A DNA stretch of 64,000 nucleotides from Candidatus Latescibacterota bacterium (GCA_965222605.1 OZ244960.1:2176001-2240000), one strand, 5' to 3'; positions 36,208 through 47,031 are shown, counted from the first letter of the stretch. Notes: generated from the sequence alone by a model not told the origin. Numbers and translations: made by a program.

Positions 36208-39102
36208 CTATTTGTGAACCAAATCTCCTTGCACCTCGAGCGCGGCTGCAAGGGATTCCACATGCGCTCTTAAATTTGCCACAAAGCGCTCAACATCTGA
36301 CCAATTTTCATCCTTTGCCAACACTTCAATTGTCGCAGCAACTTCCCTTACGTCATTCGCGTAAAACAATTCGGCGTTTTCTCTCAATTCACGCGCTCCC
36401 TGGCGAAGCGTTTCTGTATCGTCAAGCAGGCTTATCAAATCGCTCCTCGTTTCTAAAAACATCTCGGCTAACCGCACGAGAAGCGCCTCATCCCCACCAA
36501 CATGTTGCAATGATGCCTCCCAATTGAGCGTCTGTTGCACGGCGGGACCGGTCGATTCCACCGCATCGTAAAAAATGCGAGACCGAAGTGGTTTGGCGAC
36601 AAACCCATCCATGCCAGCCGCTATGCAAAGCTCGCGGTCGCCCTTCATCACATCGGCTGTCATCGCAACAATGCGAATATGCCCTCCTGACACCTTTTCT
36701 CGCTTGCGAATTTCTTTCGTAGCTTCAAGCCCATCCATTTCGGGCATTTGTACATCCATCAACACCAGATCAAAGGTATCGTCTTTGCCAAGTGCTTCCA
36801 GAGCCTCCACACCATTATTTGCCACAACGACTGTGTGACCGCGCTGGTGTAACATATCAATGGCAACGCGCTGGTTAACCAGACCGTCTTCGGCCAATAA
36901 AATGCGCAGAGATTTCCGCGCCTTTTCCGTTATGACATCGCCCGTTCCCAAAGCATCTGGTGCAGATTCCTCAAACAAGCCAGCAATCAAATTAAAAAGA
37001 TCGGATTGTTTGATGGGTTTGGACAAGTGCCCGGCCAGCGTTTCTCTGGTAGAAGCCGTATCCGGACGGCCAGCAGAGGTCAACACCACCACGCGCGTGT
37101 ATTTCAGCGTTGCATCAGCGGCAATCTGCCGTGCGAGCGCGTAACCGTTCATAACGGGCATTTCCGCATCGAGCAGAACCAGTGGATATGGGCTGCCCGC
37201 CTGTTGTGCGCGCAGCAACTCTTCCAATGCAATTTGACCATTCTCAGCCAGAGCGGGTTTCAATCCCTGACAGGACAGCATTTCTTCAAAAATTACCCGA
37301 TTGGTATTATTATCATCAACGACCAATACGGGCATGCCGTGCAATGTATCGGGCAAAACATCTCGGTATGACACACCATTGGTACGGCGCGCAAACGTGG
37401 CTTCAAAAAAGAAAACACTGCCCTTGTCTGACTCGCTTTTCACATCGAGTTTTCCACCCATCAGTTCCACAAGTTGGGCCGAAATAGTCAAACCAAGCCC
37501 CGTGCCGCCATATTGCCGCGTCATTGAGCTGTCCGCCTGATCAAACGCGCTGAATACCTGTTGTTGTACTTGTAATGGAATACCGATACCTGTATCGCGC
37601 ACCTCAAATCGCAGTCTTGTGTCCTCCTCGCGCATTTCTATCAGGTCAACATCGATATCCACACCCCCTCGATCTGTAAATTTGATGGCATTGCCCGCCA
37701 GATTGACGACGACTTGTCTCAGGCGAATGGAATCGCCTATCAGGTCGTCGGGAACCTCTGGTGCAATCCGATAGGTCAATTCAAGCCCCTTCTCACTCGC
37801 CCGAACAGCCAGCGTTTGCAACGTATCGCCAAGCGTATCTCTCAGCGCGAACGGAATGCTTTCCAATTCGAGCTTACCTGCCTCTACCTTGGACAGGTCG
37901 AGAATATCGTTGAGCAATACGAGCAACGTATCTGCCGAATTATAAGCGAGATCGGCGTATTCCTTTTGCCGATCGGTCAATTCGGTATTGCCGAGCAATT
38001 CAATCATTCCCATAATGCCGTTCATTGGCGTGCGAATCTCGTGGCTCATATTGGCCAAAAATTGGCTCTTAGCCTGATTTGCTGCTTCGGCTGCTATACG
38101 GGCATTTTCAAGCTCTTTGTTCTGTGCCTCGAGGCGCTCGAGATCGTCTAAACGGGTAACGCCTATTGAGACCTGTTCTGCAATACTTTCCAAAAACAAA
38201 ACTTCAGTCTCTGAAAAGGCAGAAATTTCATCACTCATCAAAGCCAGTGTGCCCCGCACATGGGGAATATCGAGAATACACCGCACCTCAACCCCGTATC
38301 GCTCAGCTATGGCATTGAAGCCCCTCTCTGTCAATCCCCCCATATCTTCTACGAGATTCTCGCGGTAAATTGTTTTCTGCTGTTGCCACATCCGGTAAAC
38401 ATTTGGCACCTCGCGCACCATGCGATTGATCTGCCCCGAAGGCATCACCTCGTGCGTTTCAAAAGTATGCGTTTTGGGGTCGAGCAATCGATGCACGGCA
38501 ATGGCGACAACTGGTACATCGAGTGCCAGCAACTGTTCCCTGCACACGCGAACAACCACCTCGAGATGCTCTGGCCGCGTCATCTGTTGCACGGCGTGAC
38601 TGACCTGTATAAGCGCGTTCTGAAAAGCCACTTGCTCGCCAAGCGCACCTTCTGCCCGCTTCTGTCGGGTAATATCGGCCATCGCACCAATCATGCGAAC
38701 CGGCACTTCCTCACCTGCGTCAAAAAACACTTTGGCTTTGCTGCTGACCCATCTTACCTCGCCATTGGCATGCACGATTCGATATTCAGTATCGTAAGGC
38801 GCGCGTCCTTCAAGGGTTTGTCTGACCTCCTTCTGTGCGCGATCGCGATCATCTGGATGAACACACGCCAACCACTCGGCCTCAGAGACCATCGTATCTC
38901 GTGGAGGAAAACCAAAAAGTTCGAAATACCGGTCTGTACACACGGCGCGATCGTTTTGGATATCCCAATCAAACAGACCAATCCCACCGGCTTCGAGCGC
39001 GTGTGTAAGACGCTCTTCACTCCGCTGCAATGCGTCTAACGCATCCCGAATCTGTTGAAAGCCACCAGTAGAATCAACCGTATGTGTAGCGCGTTTTTTC
39101 AT
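36208..39102 (-). CDS. Hybrid sensor kinase PAS-GAF-HisKA-HATPase-REC-REC with degenerate Hpt
   Basis: [28 protein letters not shown], two receiver domains; terminal Hpt-like region lacks the His. Confidence 0.9.
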   Translation of the reverse strand: MKKRATHTVDSTGGFQQIRDALDALQRSEERLTHALEAGGIGLFDWDIQNDRAVCTDRYFELFGFPPRDTMVSEAEWLACVHPDDRDRAQKEVRQTLEGRAPYDTEYRIVHANGEVRWVSSKAKVFFDAGEEVPVRMIGAMADITRQKRAEGALGEQVAFQNALIQVSHAVQQMTRPEHLEVVVRVCREQLLALDVPVVAIAVHRLLDPKTHTFETHEVMPSGQINRMVREVPNVYRMWQQQKTIYRENLVEDMGGLTERGFNAIAERYGVEVRCILDIPHVRGTLALMSDEISAFSETEVLFLESIAEQVSIGVTRLDDLERLEAQNKELENARIAAEAANQAKSQFLANMSHEIRTPMNGIMGMIELLGNTELTDRQKEYADLAYNSADTLLVLLNDILDLSKVEAGKLELESIPFALRDTLGDTLQTLAVRASEKGLELTYRIAPEVPDDLIGDSIRLRQVVVNLAGNAIKFTDRGGVDIDVDLIEMREEDTRLRFEVRDTGIGIPLQVQQQVFSAFDQADSSMTRQYGGTGLGLTISAQLVELMGGKLDVKSESDKGSVFFFEATFARRTNGVSYRDVLPDTLHGMPVLVVDDNNTNRVIFEEMLSCQGLKPALAENGQIALEELLRAQQAGSPYPLVLLDAEMPVMNGYALARQIAADATLKYTRVVVLTSAGRPDTASTRETLAGHLSKPIKQSDLFNLIAGLFEESAPDALGTGDVITEKARKSLRILLAEDGLVNQRVAIDMLHQRGHTVVVANNGVEALEALGKDDTFDLVLMDVQMPEMDGLEATKEIRKREKVSGGHIRIVAMTADVMKGDRELCIAAGMDGFVAKPLRSRIFYDAVESTGPAVQQTLNWEASLQHVGGDEALLVRLAEMFLETRSDLISLLDDTETLRQGARELRENAELFYANDVREVAATIEVLAKDENWSDVERFVANLRAHVESLAAALEVQGDLVHK

Positions 39103-39121
39103 TGTAATGACGAAATGATAA

Positions 39122-39196
39122 CTGGATTGCGGCTCTAAGCATGCCGCAATGACGATGGGTGCTCGTCACGCCTGCATGCCCTAAGCAGGCGTCCAG
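39122..39196. repeat. Inverted pair of REP-like palindromes
   Basis: CTGGATTGCGGC..GCCGCAATGACGA and TCGTCACGCCTGC..GCAGGCGTCCAG share a TCGTCA..TCCAG frame with different self-complementary arms. Confidence 0.6.
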
Positions 39197-39268
39197 GATG
39201 GGGGGTTACTTTTAACTCTTGTCGCATTTTTAGTTTTACTGACCTTGTGCCTGTAAAGGAAGTCAGCC

Positions 39269-39508
39269 CTATTCACCCTCTGTTCCCCGGGGTGTTACTT
39301 GTTCTACCGGGTCACCGCCCGAAATAGATTCAAAAAGAAAATTCATTTCTTTAAAACCGTAAATCACAATGACTAAGGCGATGACAATGGCAATGACAAT
39401 AAACCCATTCCTCAAATTATTCCCTTCGTCAAAACGGTGAAAAATGTTTCTGAGCTTTTGTCGCTCCGCCTGTTCCTCGTGGATACGATCTAAATCTTTC
39501 AGATCCAT
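39269..39508 (-). CDS. Small single-TM hypothetical protein
   Basis: RBS AGGAGG; hydrophobic stretch FIVIAIVIALVIVIYG. Confidence 0.7.
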   Translation of the reverse strand: MDLKDLDRIHEEQAERQKLRNIFHRFDEGNNLRNGFIVIAIVIALVIVIYGFKEMNFLFESISGGDPVEQVTPRGTEGE

Positions 39509-39725
39509 AAGTACCTCCTGATGCTATCAGAATAGCGATTGCGAGAAACTATCTCGCCATTAAGATTATACACACAAAAACAGAAGTCAATGGAAAATCT
39601 ACTTCTCCATATTAGTTCGAGCCACCCCACAAGCTCAAACAATTGTGGTTGACATAAACCGCTAATCTTTTGTACCTATTATGTGAATGGCTCTTTTTTT
39701 ATTTACATTTCTGGAGTCAGATTCG

Positions 39726-40421
39726 ATGGCCCATCTCCCAACTTCTTGTGACGCGCTCATTATAGACCGCAACCCCATCCACCGCCACCTGCTCTACGCG
39801 CTACTCGAGCAAATGGGCTATCGGGTTGTGGCAGTTCCCGAACCGCCTGAAAAAGCCCTGTCTTATCGTTTCGCGATGATGGACATAGATGAGTGTGAAA
39901 ATTTTGAACAGCAAATTGCGCGGGCGCAATCGGACATTCCCATTATTGGTCTCGTATCACACGAAAAATACGATCAACCCTGCCTCAACGCAGGTGCCGC
40001 AGCAACACTCATCCGCCCTGTCCGTGCAGACCAGATCTTTGCCGTCCTGCAAAATCTGAATGTGCATGCCGCTCTACAAACACCTCCTATTGACATCGAT
40101 CGCATCATGACACGGGTAGGCGGAAGAAAGCAAATTCTAAAAAAAATGGTAGTTGTTTTCACAGAAGAATTGCCCGACCAGATCGCCGCATTGCATCGTG
40201 CCATTGACCAACAATCGCCCGAAGACCTGCGCCAGGCAGCCCACGCGCTGAAAGGTTCCGTGGCCAATTTTGACGCCAAAGCAGCATACGAGGCAGCTTC
40301 CGCACTCGAGCAAATGGGCAAATCGAACAACTTGAGCCAGGCCCCCGCAACCTGCCAAACGCTCGAACACGAGTTGTCTGCTGTTCAAAATGCGCTCAAA
40401 GAACTCACCTTTTCCTTTTGA
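39726..40421 (+). CDS. Receiver-like plus Hpt phosphotransfer protein
   Basis: Atypical REC domain; AAHALKGSVANF Hpt motif. Confidence 0.8.
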   Translation: MAHLPTSCDALIIDRNPIHRHLLYALLEQMGYRVVAVPEPPEKALSYRFAMMDIDECENFEQQIARAQSDIPIIGLVSHEKYDQPCLNAGAAATLIRPVRADQIFAVLQNLNVHAALQTPPIDIDRIMTRVGGRKQILKKMVVVFTEELPDQIAALHRAIDQQSPEDLRQAAHALKGSVANFDAKAAYEAASALEQMGKSNNLSQAPATCQTLEHELSAVQNALKELTFSF

Positions 40422-40435
40422 ACCGAGCACCAAAC

Positions 40436-41287
40436 ATGTCCAAAATACTGATCGCTGAAGACGACGGCCCAACCAGGGTGCTGGTAGAAGCCATACTCGA
40501 AGACGCCGGACACACAATAGAAACGGTTACCGATGGAACAAAGGCTTATGACCGAATCGCCACAACCTCATTCGACTTGCTGCTTACAGATATCTGGATG
40601 CCTGGACTCAACGGTTTGGAATTGTTGTCGAAAATAAAAACCCTGCCCTCACCGCCGCCAGTCATCGTCATGACTTCCGATGACACCTCGGACACCCTCC
40701 TCAAAGCAATCCGCGAACAGGCATATCACTATATCTCAAAACCTATAGACCCCCAGGAATTGACACGCCTCGTTCAGGATGGCCTCAGTGTGAGCCACCA
40801 GGAAACATTTATCGAAGTGACATCGGCAACTCCAAACTGGGTTGAAATTCTGGTGCCCTGCGATCAAAAAGCAGCGGGACGGATGCGCAATTTTGTGATG
40901 CAATTAGAAGCCGATCTGCCCGAAGACCTCCGCGAGACCATCGCGATGTCATTCTACGAACTCCTCGCCAATGCCATTGAATGGGGCGGACAGCTCGATC
41001 CAAGCAAAAAGGTTCGAATCGCATTTCTTCGCTTTGAGCGCATGCTCATGTTCCGCATAGAAGATCCCGGATCGGGTTTTGACATGGATGAACTCGACCA
41101 TGCGGCTATCAACAACCCCGACGATCCCATCGCCCACATGAGCGTCAGAGAAAACCGGGGGCTACGCCCGGGCGGCTTTGGCCTGTTGATGGTCAAAACG
41201 AGCGCAGATGAATTGATCTACAACGAAGCCCGCAACGAAGTAGCCTTTGTCAAATACCTCGATCTCCCAAAAGACACGAATAGATGA
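40436..41287 (+). CDS. Response regulator with RsbW-like anti-sigma kinase (HATPase_c_2) output
   Basis: ILIAEDD, TDIWMPG; ELLANAIEWG, IEDPGSGFD, GGFGL. Confidence 0.85.
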   Translation: MSKILIAEDDGPTRVLVEAILEDAGHTIETVTDGTKAYDRIATTSFDLLLTDIWMPGLNGLELLSKIKTLPSPPPVIVMTSDDTSDTLLKAIREQAYHYISKPIDPQELTRLVQDGLSVSHQETFIEVTSATPNWVEILVPCDQKAAGRMRNFVMQLEADLPEDLRETIAMSFYELLANAIEWGGQLDPSKKVRIAFLRFERMLMFRIEDPGSGFDMDELDHAAINNPDDPIAHMSVRENRGLRPGGFGLLMVKTSADELIYNEARNEVAFVKYLDLPKDTNR

Positions 41288-41291
41288 CCAA

Positions 41292-41327
41292 AAAAGGGCT
41301 GCGCATCTCATGATGTACAGCCCTTTT
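41292..41327. terminator. Bidirectional intrinsic terminator
   Basis: AAAAGGGCTG...CAGCCCTTTT between convergent genes. Confidence 0.8.
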
Positions 41328-41351
41328 GTCTTTTGTACGAAACGTAAACCT

Positions 41352-42539
41352 CTATCGTTCCTCTCCCACGAGACCGCAATAATCGGCCGCAGATAGTGCG
41401 TACACCTGCGCTGCCCGCTCCAACCGATCTACCTCTACCCACTCCACATCCGCGTGTGCCGTCTCATTCGAGGGACCGTAATAAAAGGTCGGCACCCCCG
41501 TCCCATGCACGTATAAATTGGCATCTCCCACAATCCGCATCCCCACCAGCTCTGCTTCCTGGCCCGTCACCTGTGTGTGCGCCCGCGCCACCGCTTGCAC
41601 TGCCGCATCCTCGGCGCGGGTCTCAAAAGGCTCGCGCTCGTGCTCCATCTCAACCCGCAGACTCAACTTCCCAGCCTCGGCAAATGGCCGCGCCAGGTCT
41701 TCCAACTCCGCCAACACCTGTGGCGCGGTGCGCCCCGGCAACCAGCGCCGGGTCCCGGTCAGGGTGCAACGCCGGGGCGTGCGATTAAAATAGTCGCCCC
41801 CCGCGACAATACCCAGATCAATCCGCTCTGCGCCGGCAAGAGCGTGTGCCGGTCCGTCGTCGAGTTCGAGTTGATACTGGTGGATCCGCTCAATGAGCGC
41901 ACCCACAAAGCGGATCGGATTGTCCGCAAAAGGCACGTACTGCGTGTGCTTGCCGCCAGCATCCGATTCGAGCGTGATGGTAAAGACCATCGACCCCATG
42001 CTCATAACCCACAGCGCGTCGCGGCCTTCGACAATCAAGATCCGGTCTCCGCCAATCCGGCCACTGTTGCGATCGGCTATCAACGCCAGCGGCCCATCCT
42101 TTTGCGCCTCGACCTCCTCGTGTCCCACAATAGCCGTCAGCCACAAATCGCCGCGCAATTCCACTCCGCTTTCCAGGAGTGCCTTGACCGCGCCCAAAGC
42201 CGCAGCCATTCCTCCCTTCATATCGGTCGCCCCCCGTCCGTACACGCGGTTGCCCTCGCGACGAGCGGGCGGGCAGTCCCCCACGGGAATCGTATCGAGA
42301 TGGCCATTGAGCATCAGAGAAGGACCATCCCCCTGCCCCGCGATACGCGCATAGAGATTGTTCCGCCCCGGACTGACTTCCCGCACATCGACTTCCAAAC
42401 CAATCCCGCGCATCATGTCATGATATGCGCGGCACACTTCGGCTTCGTCCATAGTAACACTGTATATATCGACCAATTCCAGGGTCCGTTCCGTCACCCA
42501 TTCCCGGTCAATAGCCGCTATGAGATCTTCTGTCTGCAT
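41352..42539 (-). CDS. M20-family metallopeptidase (ArgE/DapE-like)
   Basis: LNGHLDT, YGRGATDMKGG, HEE, AH..E. Confidence 0.9.
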   Translation of the reverse strand: MQTEDLIAAIDREWVTERTLELVDIYSVTMDEAEVCRAYHDMMRGIGLEVDVREVSPGRNNLYARIAGQGDGPSLMLNGHLDTIPVGDCPPARREGNRVYGRGATDMKGGMAAALGAVKALLESGVELRGDLWLTAIVGHEEVEAQKDGPLALIADRNSGRIGGDRILIVEGRDALWVMSMGSMVFTITLESDAGGKHTQYVPFADNPIRFVGALIERIHQYQLELDDGPAHALAGAERIDLGIVAGGDYFNRTPRRCTLTGTRRWLPGRTAPQVLAELEDLARPFAEAGKLSLRVEMEHEREPFETRAEDAAVQAVARAHTQVTGQEAELVGMRIVGDANLYVHGTGVPTFYYGPSNETAHADVEWVEVDRLERAAQVYALSAADYCGLVGEER

Positions 42540-42549
42540 CGTCCTTCCT

Positions 42550-43443
42550 CTAATCATCTCGCCCCGGGAAAGTCAACTCGGCAACACCCGATTTGTCCAA
42601 ATCGCCCTTGCCCTTCTCTTTCAAAAGCTCAAATTGGGCTTTTGTCGCTTTTGCCAATGGAAGACTGAGACCCACGTCCTGAGCGAGCGAAAGCGCAATC
42701 CCCGAATCTTTCGCCGCATGGTCAGCCGAAAAATAACATTCGTGATCGCGGATGACCATATCTTCCCCATCGGTCTCCAGCACGCGAGAATTTGCTCCCG
42801 TTTGAGAAAACACCTCCATGACCATATTCAAATCAAGGCCGAGCGCGGCACCCAACCCCAGCCCCTCTGCCAGACCAGCGGTATTGATATTCATAACCAT
42901 ATTGACGAGCGCTTTGATCTGAGCAGCCTGTCCTGCCGTGCCGATATAGATCAAATTTGTACTCATAGATTTGAGAATCGGACTCGCCTGGTCAAAAACA
43001 GCGCGCTTACCCCCGCACATCAAATACAGCGTACCTTCACGCGCCTGTGTAATACTGCTGGCCATGCACCCTTCCAAACTGCTTGCACCCGCCTGCTCTG
43101 CAAGACCCTCAACATCCACGTGAATCTGTGGCGTAATCGTCGCGCAATTGATAAAAACCTTACCCTGGGCACCTTGCAGCAGACTATCGCCAGATTCGGC
43201 ATAAATAGTCCCCATCGCAGCGTCGTCTGTCACGACCGTAATAATATAATCTGCAGCAGCCGTTACACCCGCGAGTTCCGTATGCGCCTCACAACCCAAC
43301 TCGCTGGCAAGTTCCGAAGCGACCTCTGTGCGAATATCGTACACCGCCTCGACCGAAAACCCTTCATCGTTGAGATGGCGTGCAATATTTGCCCCCATTC
43401 GCCCAACGCCAACCACGCCAATTTTGTAATCTAAATTTGCCAT
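42550..43443 (-). CDS. NAD(P)-dependent beta-hydroxyacid dehydrogenase family
   Basis: GVGRMG..IARHL, GTL..MCGG, KALVN, KD. Confidence 0.9.
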   Translation of the reverse strand: MANLDYKIGVVGVGRMGANIARHLNDEGFSVEAVYDIRTEVASELASELGCEAHTELAGVTAAADYIITVVTDDAAMGTIYAESGDSLLQGAQGKVFINCATITPQIHVDVEGLAEQAGASSLEGCMASSITQAREGTLYLMCGGKRAVFDQASPILKSMSTNLIYIGTAGQAAQIKALVNMVMNINTAGLAEGLGLGAALGLDLNMVMEVFSQTGANSRVLETDGEDMVIRDHECYFSADHAAKDSGIALSLAQDVGLSLPLAKATKAQFELLKEKGKGDLDKSGVAELTFPGRDD

Positions 43444-43639
43444 ATTTGCCTCGATAGTTTAAGAGTAAAAAAATTTGACTAACAATGTATTTCCCGGGAA
43501 TTATATCGCAAAGTGCCAAGGAAATGGCACCCGTGAATTGCTCTAAAGATAGGTGGGAAAAAGCGAAAATGCAAGGCGGGAGTTGATAAGGATTGACAGA
43601 GGGGAGTGCTGGGTGTCTCCTTCAGCGGGTATTATGCCT

Positions 43640-43715
43640 GGCGGAGACGTACACACAAATGGCATGGAGAGCTTCTGGGCGATGATAAAGCGAGGATATA
43701 TGGGGGTGCATCAGA
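43640..43715 (+). pseudogene. IS1595-family transposase remnant
   Basis: GDVHTNGMESFWAMIKRGYMGVH matches the IS1595 VHTNxIExFWxxLKRG motif. Confidence 0.7.
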
Positions 43716-43909
43716 TACGGATATACAAATGTTGCCAGGTGCGAATTTGTATATTTTTTGGTATAACCGGATTGAAGGCTGAATGAGCCTTACAGGTCAA
43801 TCACTAATAAGTGAAAATTCTTGACTTTTTGAAAGGGGGTTCCGTTATATATGGTAATAGGGGTGAAGATGTCCAGGAGGTTAAACAGTAACAACAAAGG
43901 AGGGTGGCT

Positions 43910-44209
43910 ATGAGTGACTGGACACTTAAAAAAGAAATTGCCGCATACAGAAAAATGTGCAAAGACGGTCTTGAGCTTGAGCACTTTGGTAAATGGATTA
44001 TCGTTTACGAAGGCAAGCTCCGGGGTGTCTTTGATACACAGAATGAAGCGGTAATCAGTGCTGTCAAGAAATTCAGGGACAACGCTTTCTTGATAAAACA
44101 AGTGGGAGCAACAGAAAGCCTATACAGAAGTGGATTACCCACAGTTTTTGGGGCTGTTTCCTCTATCAACTTTGAGGGAGCACAATGCCTGCAAAATCTA
44201 CCAAAGTAG
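43910..44209 (+). CDS. DUF5678-like small protein
   Basis: HFGKWIIVYEGKLRGVFDT..EA..A..F..FLIKQVG; RBS GGAGG. Confidence 0.55.
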   Translation: MSDWTLKKEIAAYRKMCKDGLELEHFGKWIIVYEGKLRGVFDTQNEAVISAVKKFRDNAFLIKQVGATESLYRSGLPTVFGAVSSINFEGAQCLQNLPK

Positions 44210-44637
44210 GATTCGTAAACCCGGAAAATCTAATTAGTCAAGGCCCAACCATTATGGTTCGGGTCGGACTTGATTATGACACATACCCAGACCCTAATCT
44301 GGATACAATGACATCACCAGTATATGCACTAATAGACACAGGAGCCTCCAATACTTGTATTGATAAAACCTTTGTTATGCAGATAGGGCTACCAATTCAC
44401 GGAGAGCCTTTTCTTATCGCTGGTATTTCGGGCCCAGAGACGGTCAATATACATTTGGGACAGATTCATATTCCAGCACTGGAAGAAACGCTCTCCGGGC
44501 TGTTTCCCGTGGTCGATCTAGTTGGTGGTGGTCAGCATCACAAGGTCCTGATGGGCAGGGACTTCCTGAAGTCCTGTCAAATGTTCTATGATGGCACAAC
44601 AGGAGATGTGCAAATAGATTTATTGCAAACCACCTAA
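44185..44637 (+). CDS. Retropepsin-like (clan AA) aspartyl protease
   Basis: ALIDTGASNTCI and LMGRDFL. Confidence 0.85.
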   Translation: MPAKSTKVGFVNPENLISQGPTIMVRVGLDYDTYPDPNLDTMTSPVYALIDTGASNTCIDKTFVMQIGLPIHGEPFLIAGISGPETVNIHLGQIHIPALEETLSGLFPVVDLVGGGQHHKVLMGRDFLKSCQMFYDGTTGDVQIDLLQTT

Positions 44638-44794
44638 AGACGTTCTAAACATAGTCGGTTGAGCATACCTGGGGAGATACCTAAAAACGCTGTCGCTGGT
44701 AGGGTAACGTGACAATGTATTTTCCAGCGGCACTTTGCTATATAAGCTCCTATTTTCCAAAACGCGGACCTGTCAAAAAAAATTCAGAATATAG

Positions 44795-45727
44795 CTACCT
44801 GCGCTCGACCAGACGCTCGAGAATGAGCACCAGAACCAGACCCAAAAGCGCGAGTCCTATTGCCCCTATCACCTCGCCCGACCACACCTGGGGCAACGCA
44901 TTCACTTGAACGAGCGGCACCACCTTACCGTGCCGATTGACCATTGTCTCCAGCGTCTCTTTCCATGGCCAGATCTTCCTGAGCGACCCCAGCATCAGCC
45001 CGGTCAACAGCGCGATGGTCAAATCGTGATAATGCCGAAAAAACCAGCTCAGAACGCGCGAAAAAGCCATCAACCCAACCACGGCCCCCGCACCAAAAAG
45101 CGCGATTGTAAACAGATCGCGCGTATTGACCGCGTTGAGAAGATACGGATATTGCCCCAGCAAAACCAGGACAAAGGACCCGGAAATACCGGGCAAAATC
45201 GTCGCGCAAATCGCAATCACAGCAGAACAAAAAATATACGGCGGACTATGCGGCATTTCAACCGGCACCAACCCGACCAAAAAATACGCGCCCAGCGTTG
45301 CCCCAACAGCACCCAAAAACGTTCTCAAATTCCACTGCGGAATGCGCCCACCCACCGTAAAAACAGATGCCAACACCAGCCCAAAGAAGAAAGACCACAA
45401 CAAAACAGGCTCGTTATCCAGCAAATAAGTAATCGCGCGCGACAAAGAAAAAATCGCAAAGAGAATCCCCGCGATAAGAGCGCACAAAAAAGGCCATCGC
45501 ACGTAATCGAGCCATTCTCTTATTCGCAACCCAATCAGAAACCGCGCAGATCGCGTATCAAAAGAACGGATCGAAAGAATCAGCTCTTCGTATATTCCCG
45601 TAATCAGCGCCATTGTGCCCCCCGACACGCCGGGCACAACATCGGCAGCCCCCATGCACACGCCCCTCAGCGCGATACCAAAATAACTTCTCAACGACCG
45701 CTTTGGCCGATACGCTATCTCTTCCAT
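44795..45727 (-). CDS. DUF368 membrane protein (undecaprenyl-phosphate recycling translocase family)
   Basis: MGAADVVPGVSGGTMALITGIYEELI and ILPGISGS. Confidence 0.9.
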   Translation of the reverse strand: MEEIAYRPKRSLRSYFGIALRGVCMGAADVVPGVSGGTMALITGIYEELILSIRSFDTRSARFLIGLRIREWLDYVRWPFLCALIAGILFAIFSLSRAITYLLDNEPVLLWSFFFGLVLASVFTVGGRIPQWNLRTFLGAVGATLGAYFLVGLVPVEMPHSPPYIFCSAVIAICATILPGISGSFVLVLLGQYPYLLNAVNTRDLFTIALFGAGAVVGLMAFSRVLSWFFRHYHDLTIALLTGLMLGSLRKIWPWKETLETMVNRHGKVVPLVQVNALPQVWSGEVIGAIGLALLGLVLVLILERLVERR

Positions 45728-45905
45728 CTCAAATATTCTCCCTGTTGAAAATTTAAAAAACACCACAGCATTCCAAAATATAGAACGAGAACACGCTACA
45801 AACAACAGCAACCATTCGATTTATCCTTGACAACACAATGATTCCCCTTTTATTGTTCGCGGCGGGATATATAGCGGAGTTCATTCGTTTTAACAGGAGA
45901 TTTTT

Positions 45906-46415
45906 ATGTTGCGCACATCTATAACACTCGTCTTTTGTGCCTTACTGATTGGTTGCGGCGACGACACCATATACCAGGCAGAGCTTCGCGGAACCTGGCT
46001 ATTGGAGTCTCGCAAACCCACACAGGGTGAAATCGTCCAGAGTCCGCAAATCAGCGGTCTTATCGAATGGTTTCCAACCACACCCACCCAGGCTAAGGTC
46101 CATCTTTCCGTAACGGACGACAGACAGAGCATTAGAGTCATCGACCGCTTATACGATCTTCAGAGCACGACATTTACATATCAATCCAAACTCAGAATTG
46201 GCTCAATAGCAACAGATAGCACAGATGTAGTTTATGACACGACCACCCAAAATGGCACGGGACAAATCTCCTCTGACGATGCGCGCGTAACACTTACCCA
46301 CGATGATGGAACGCAATATGAGTTTATCGGCGCACAACTTACCGTAACATATTCAAACGGTGTGGTTGATACATGGAAACTCAACAAAGATCAAATAGGT
46401 ATTTTGGCAAAATAA
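45906..46415 (+). CDS. Hypothetical lipoprotein (lipocalin-like)
   Basis: Lipobox LIGC; LRGTWLL; RBS AGGAG. Confidence 0.65.
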   Translation: MLRTSITLVFCALLIGCGDDTIYQAELRGTWLLESRKPTQGEIVQSPQISGLIEWFPTTPTQAKVHLSVTDDRQSIRVIDRLYDLQSTTFTYQSKLRIGSIATDSTDVVYDTTTQNGTGQISSDDARVTLTHDDGTQYEFIGAQLTVTYSNGVVDTWKLNKDQIGILAK

Positions 46416-46507
46416 AAAATCATTTTCTAAACGCGGTTCAAATCGCACCAGCACCTCCCCAATCGTTCGTGTGCTGGTCGATGAACCATATTCAAAAGGA
46501 GTAAGAA

Positions 46508-46948
46508 ATGGCAGGAACAATTCCCCTCATCAGTTCAGGCGTTGCAGGACCAGCGGGCGTACTCCATCTTCCTCGCCTGTGGTCTAAAGTCCTGTTGGGC
46601 GCCACGGGCAACCTCGAAGAAGGATATGACCAGTGCGGCATGGGTTACGACCAGATGGTCCTCGATGGTCTGGGTCTCGACCGCGATGCCACCCTCGCCT
46701 ATCTCACCGAAAATCTGCCCTCCTATCCGGAATTCGAAGCATGGGTTATCGAACAGAGCGGCGGCAGCCTCGACAGCAATGCCGTTGCAGAACTCAACGC
46801 GGCAATTGAGGGTTACAACCACGCAGACGATGACCGCCAGGCCATCCTCGGAGGCGCAGGCATTGACGACGACGGCACAATTCTCGACGCCGTCAACCTG
46901 AACAACCTCGATGACTGGACAGAATTTCACGCACAACTGACGGGCTAA
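46508..46948 (+). CDS. DUF5069-like protein
   Basis: GVLHLPRLWSK..GY..G.DQ.VL; RBS AAGGAG. Confidence 0.6.
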   Translation: MAGTIPLISSGVAGPAGVLHLPRLWSKVLLGATGNLEEGYDQCGMGYDQMVLDGLGLDRDATLAYLTENLPSYPEFEAWVIEQSGGSLDSNAVAELNAAIEGYNHADDDRQAILGGAGIDDDGTILDAVNLNNLDDWTEFHAQLTG

Positions 46949-46969
46949 ACACCCGTCCATCTCGCACAA

Positions 46970-47006
46970 AAAATCCCAGAATGGTTTGCTCACATTCTGG
47001 GATTTT
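46970..47006. terminator. Intrinsic terminator
   Basis: AAAATCCCAGAATG...CATTCTGGGATTTT. Confidence 0.8.
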
Positions 47007-47031
47007 CTCTATACCGCTTTAGGAGATCACT

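Larger units (their letters stand above)
43496..44750. mobile_element. Non-autonomous IS1595-derived element carrying two passenger genes
   Basis: 22-bp imperfect TIRs GGGAATTATATCGCAAAGTGCC and GGCACTTTGCTATATAAGCTCC (18/22); 8-bp flanks TATTTCCC and TATTTTCC; internal transposase fragment. Confidence 0.7.
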
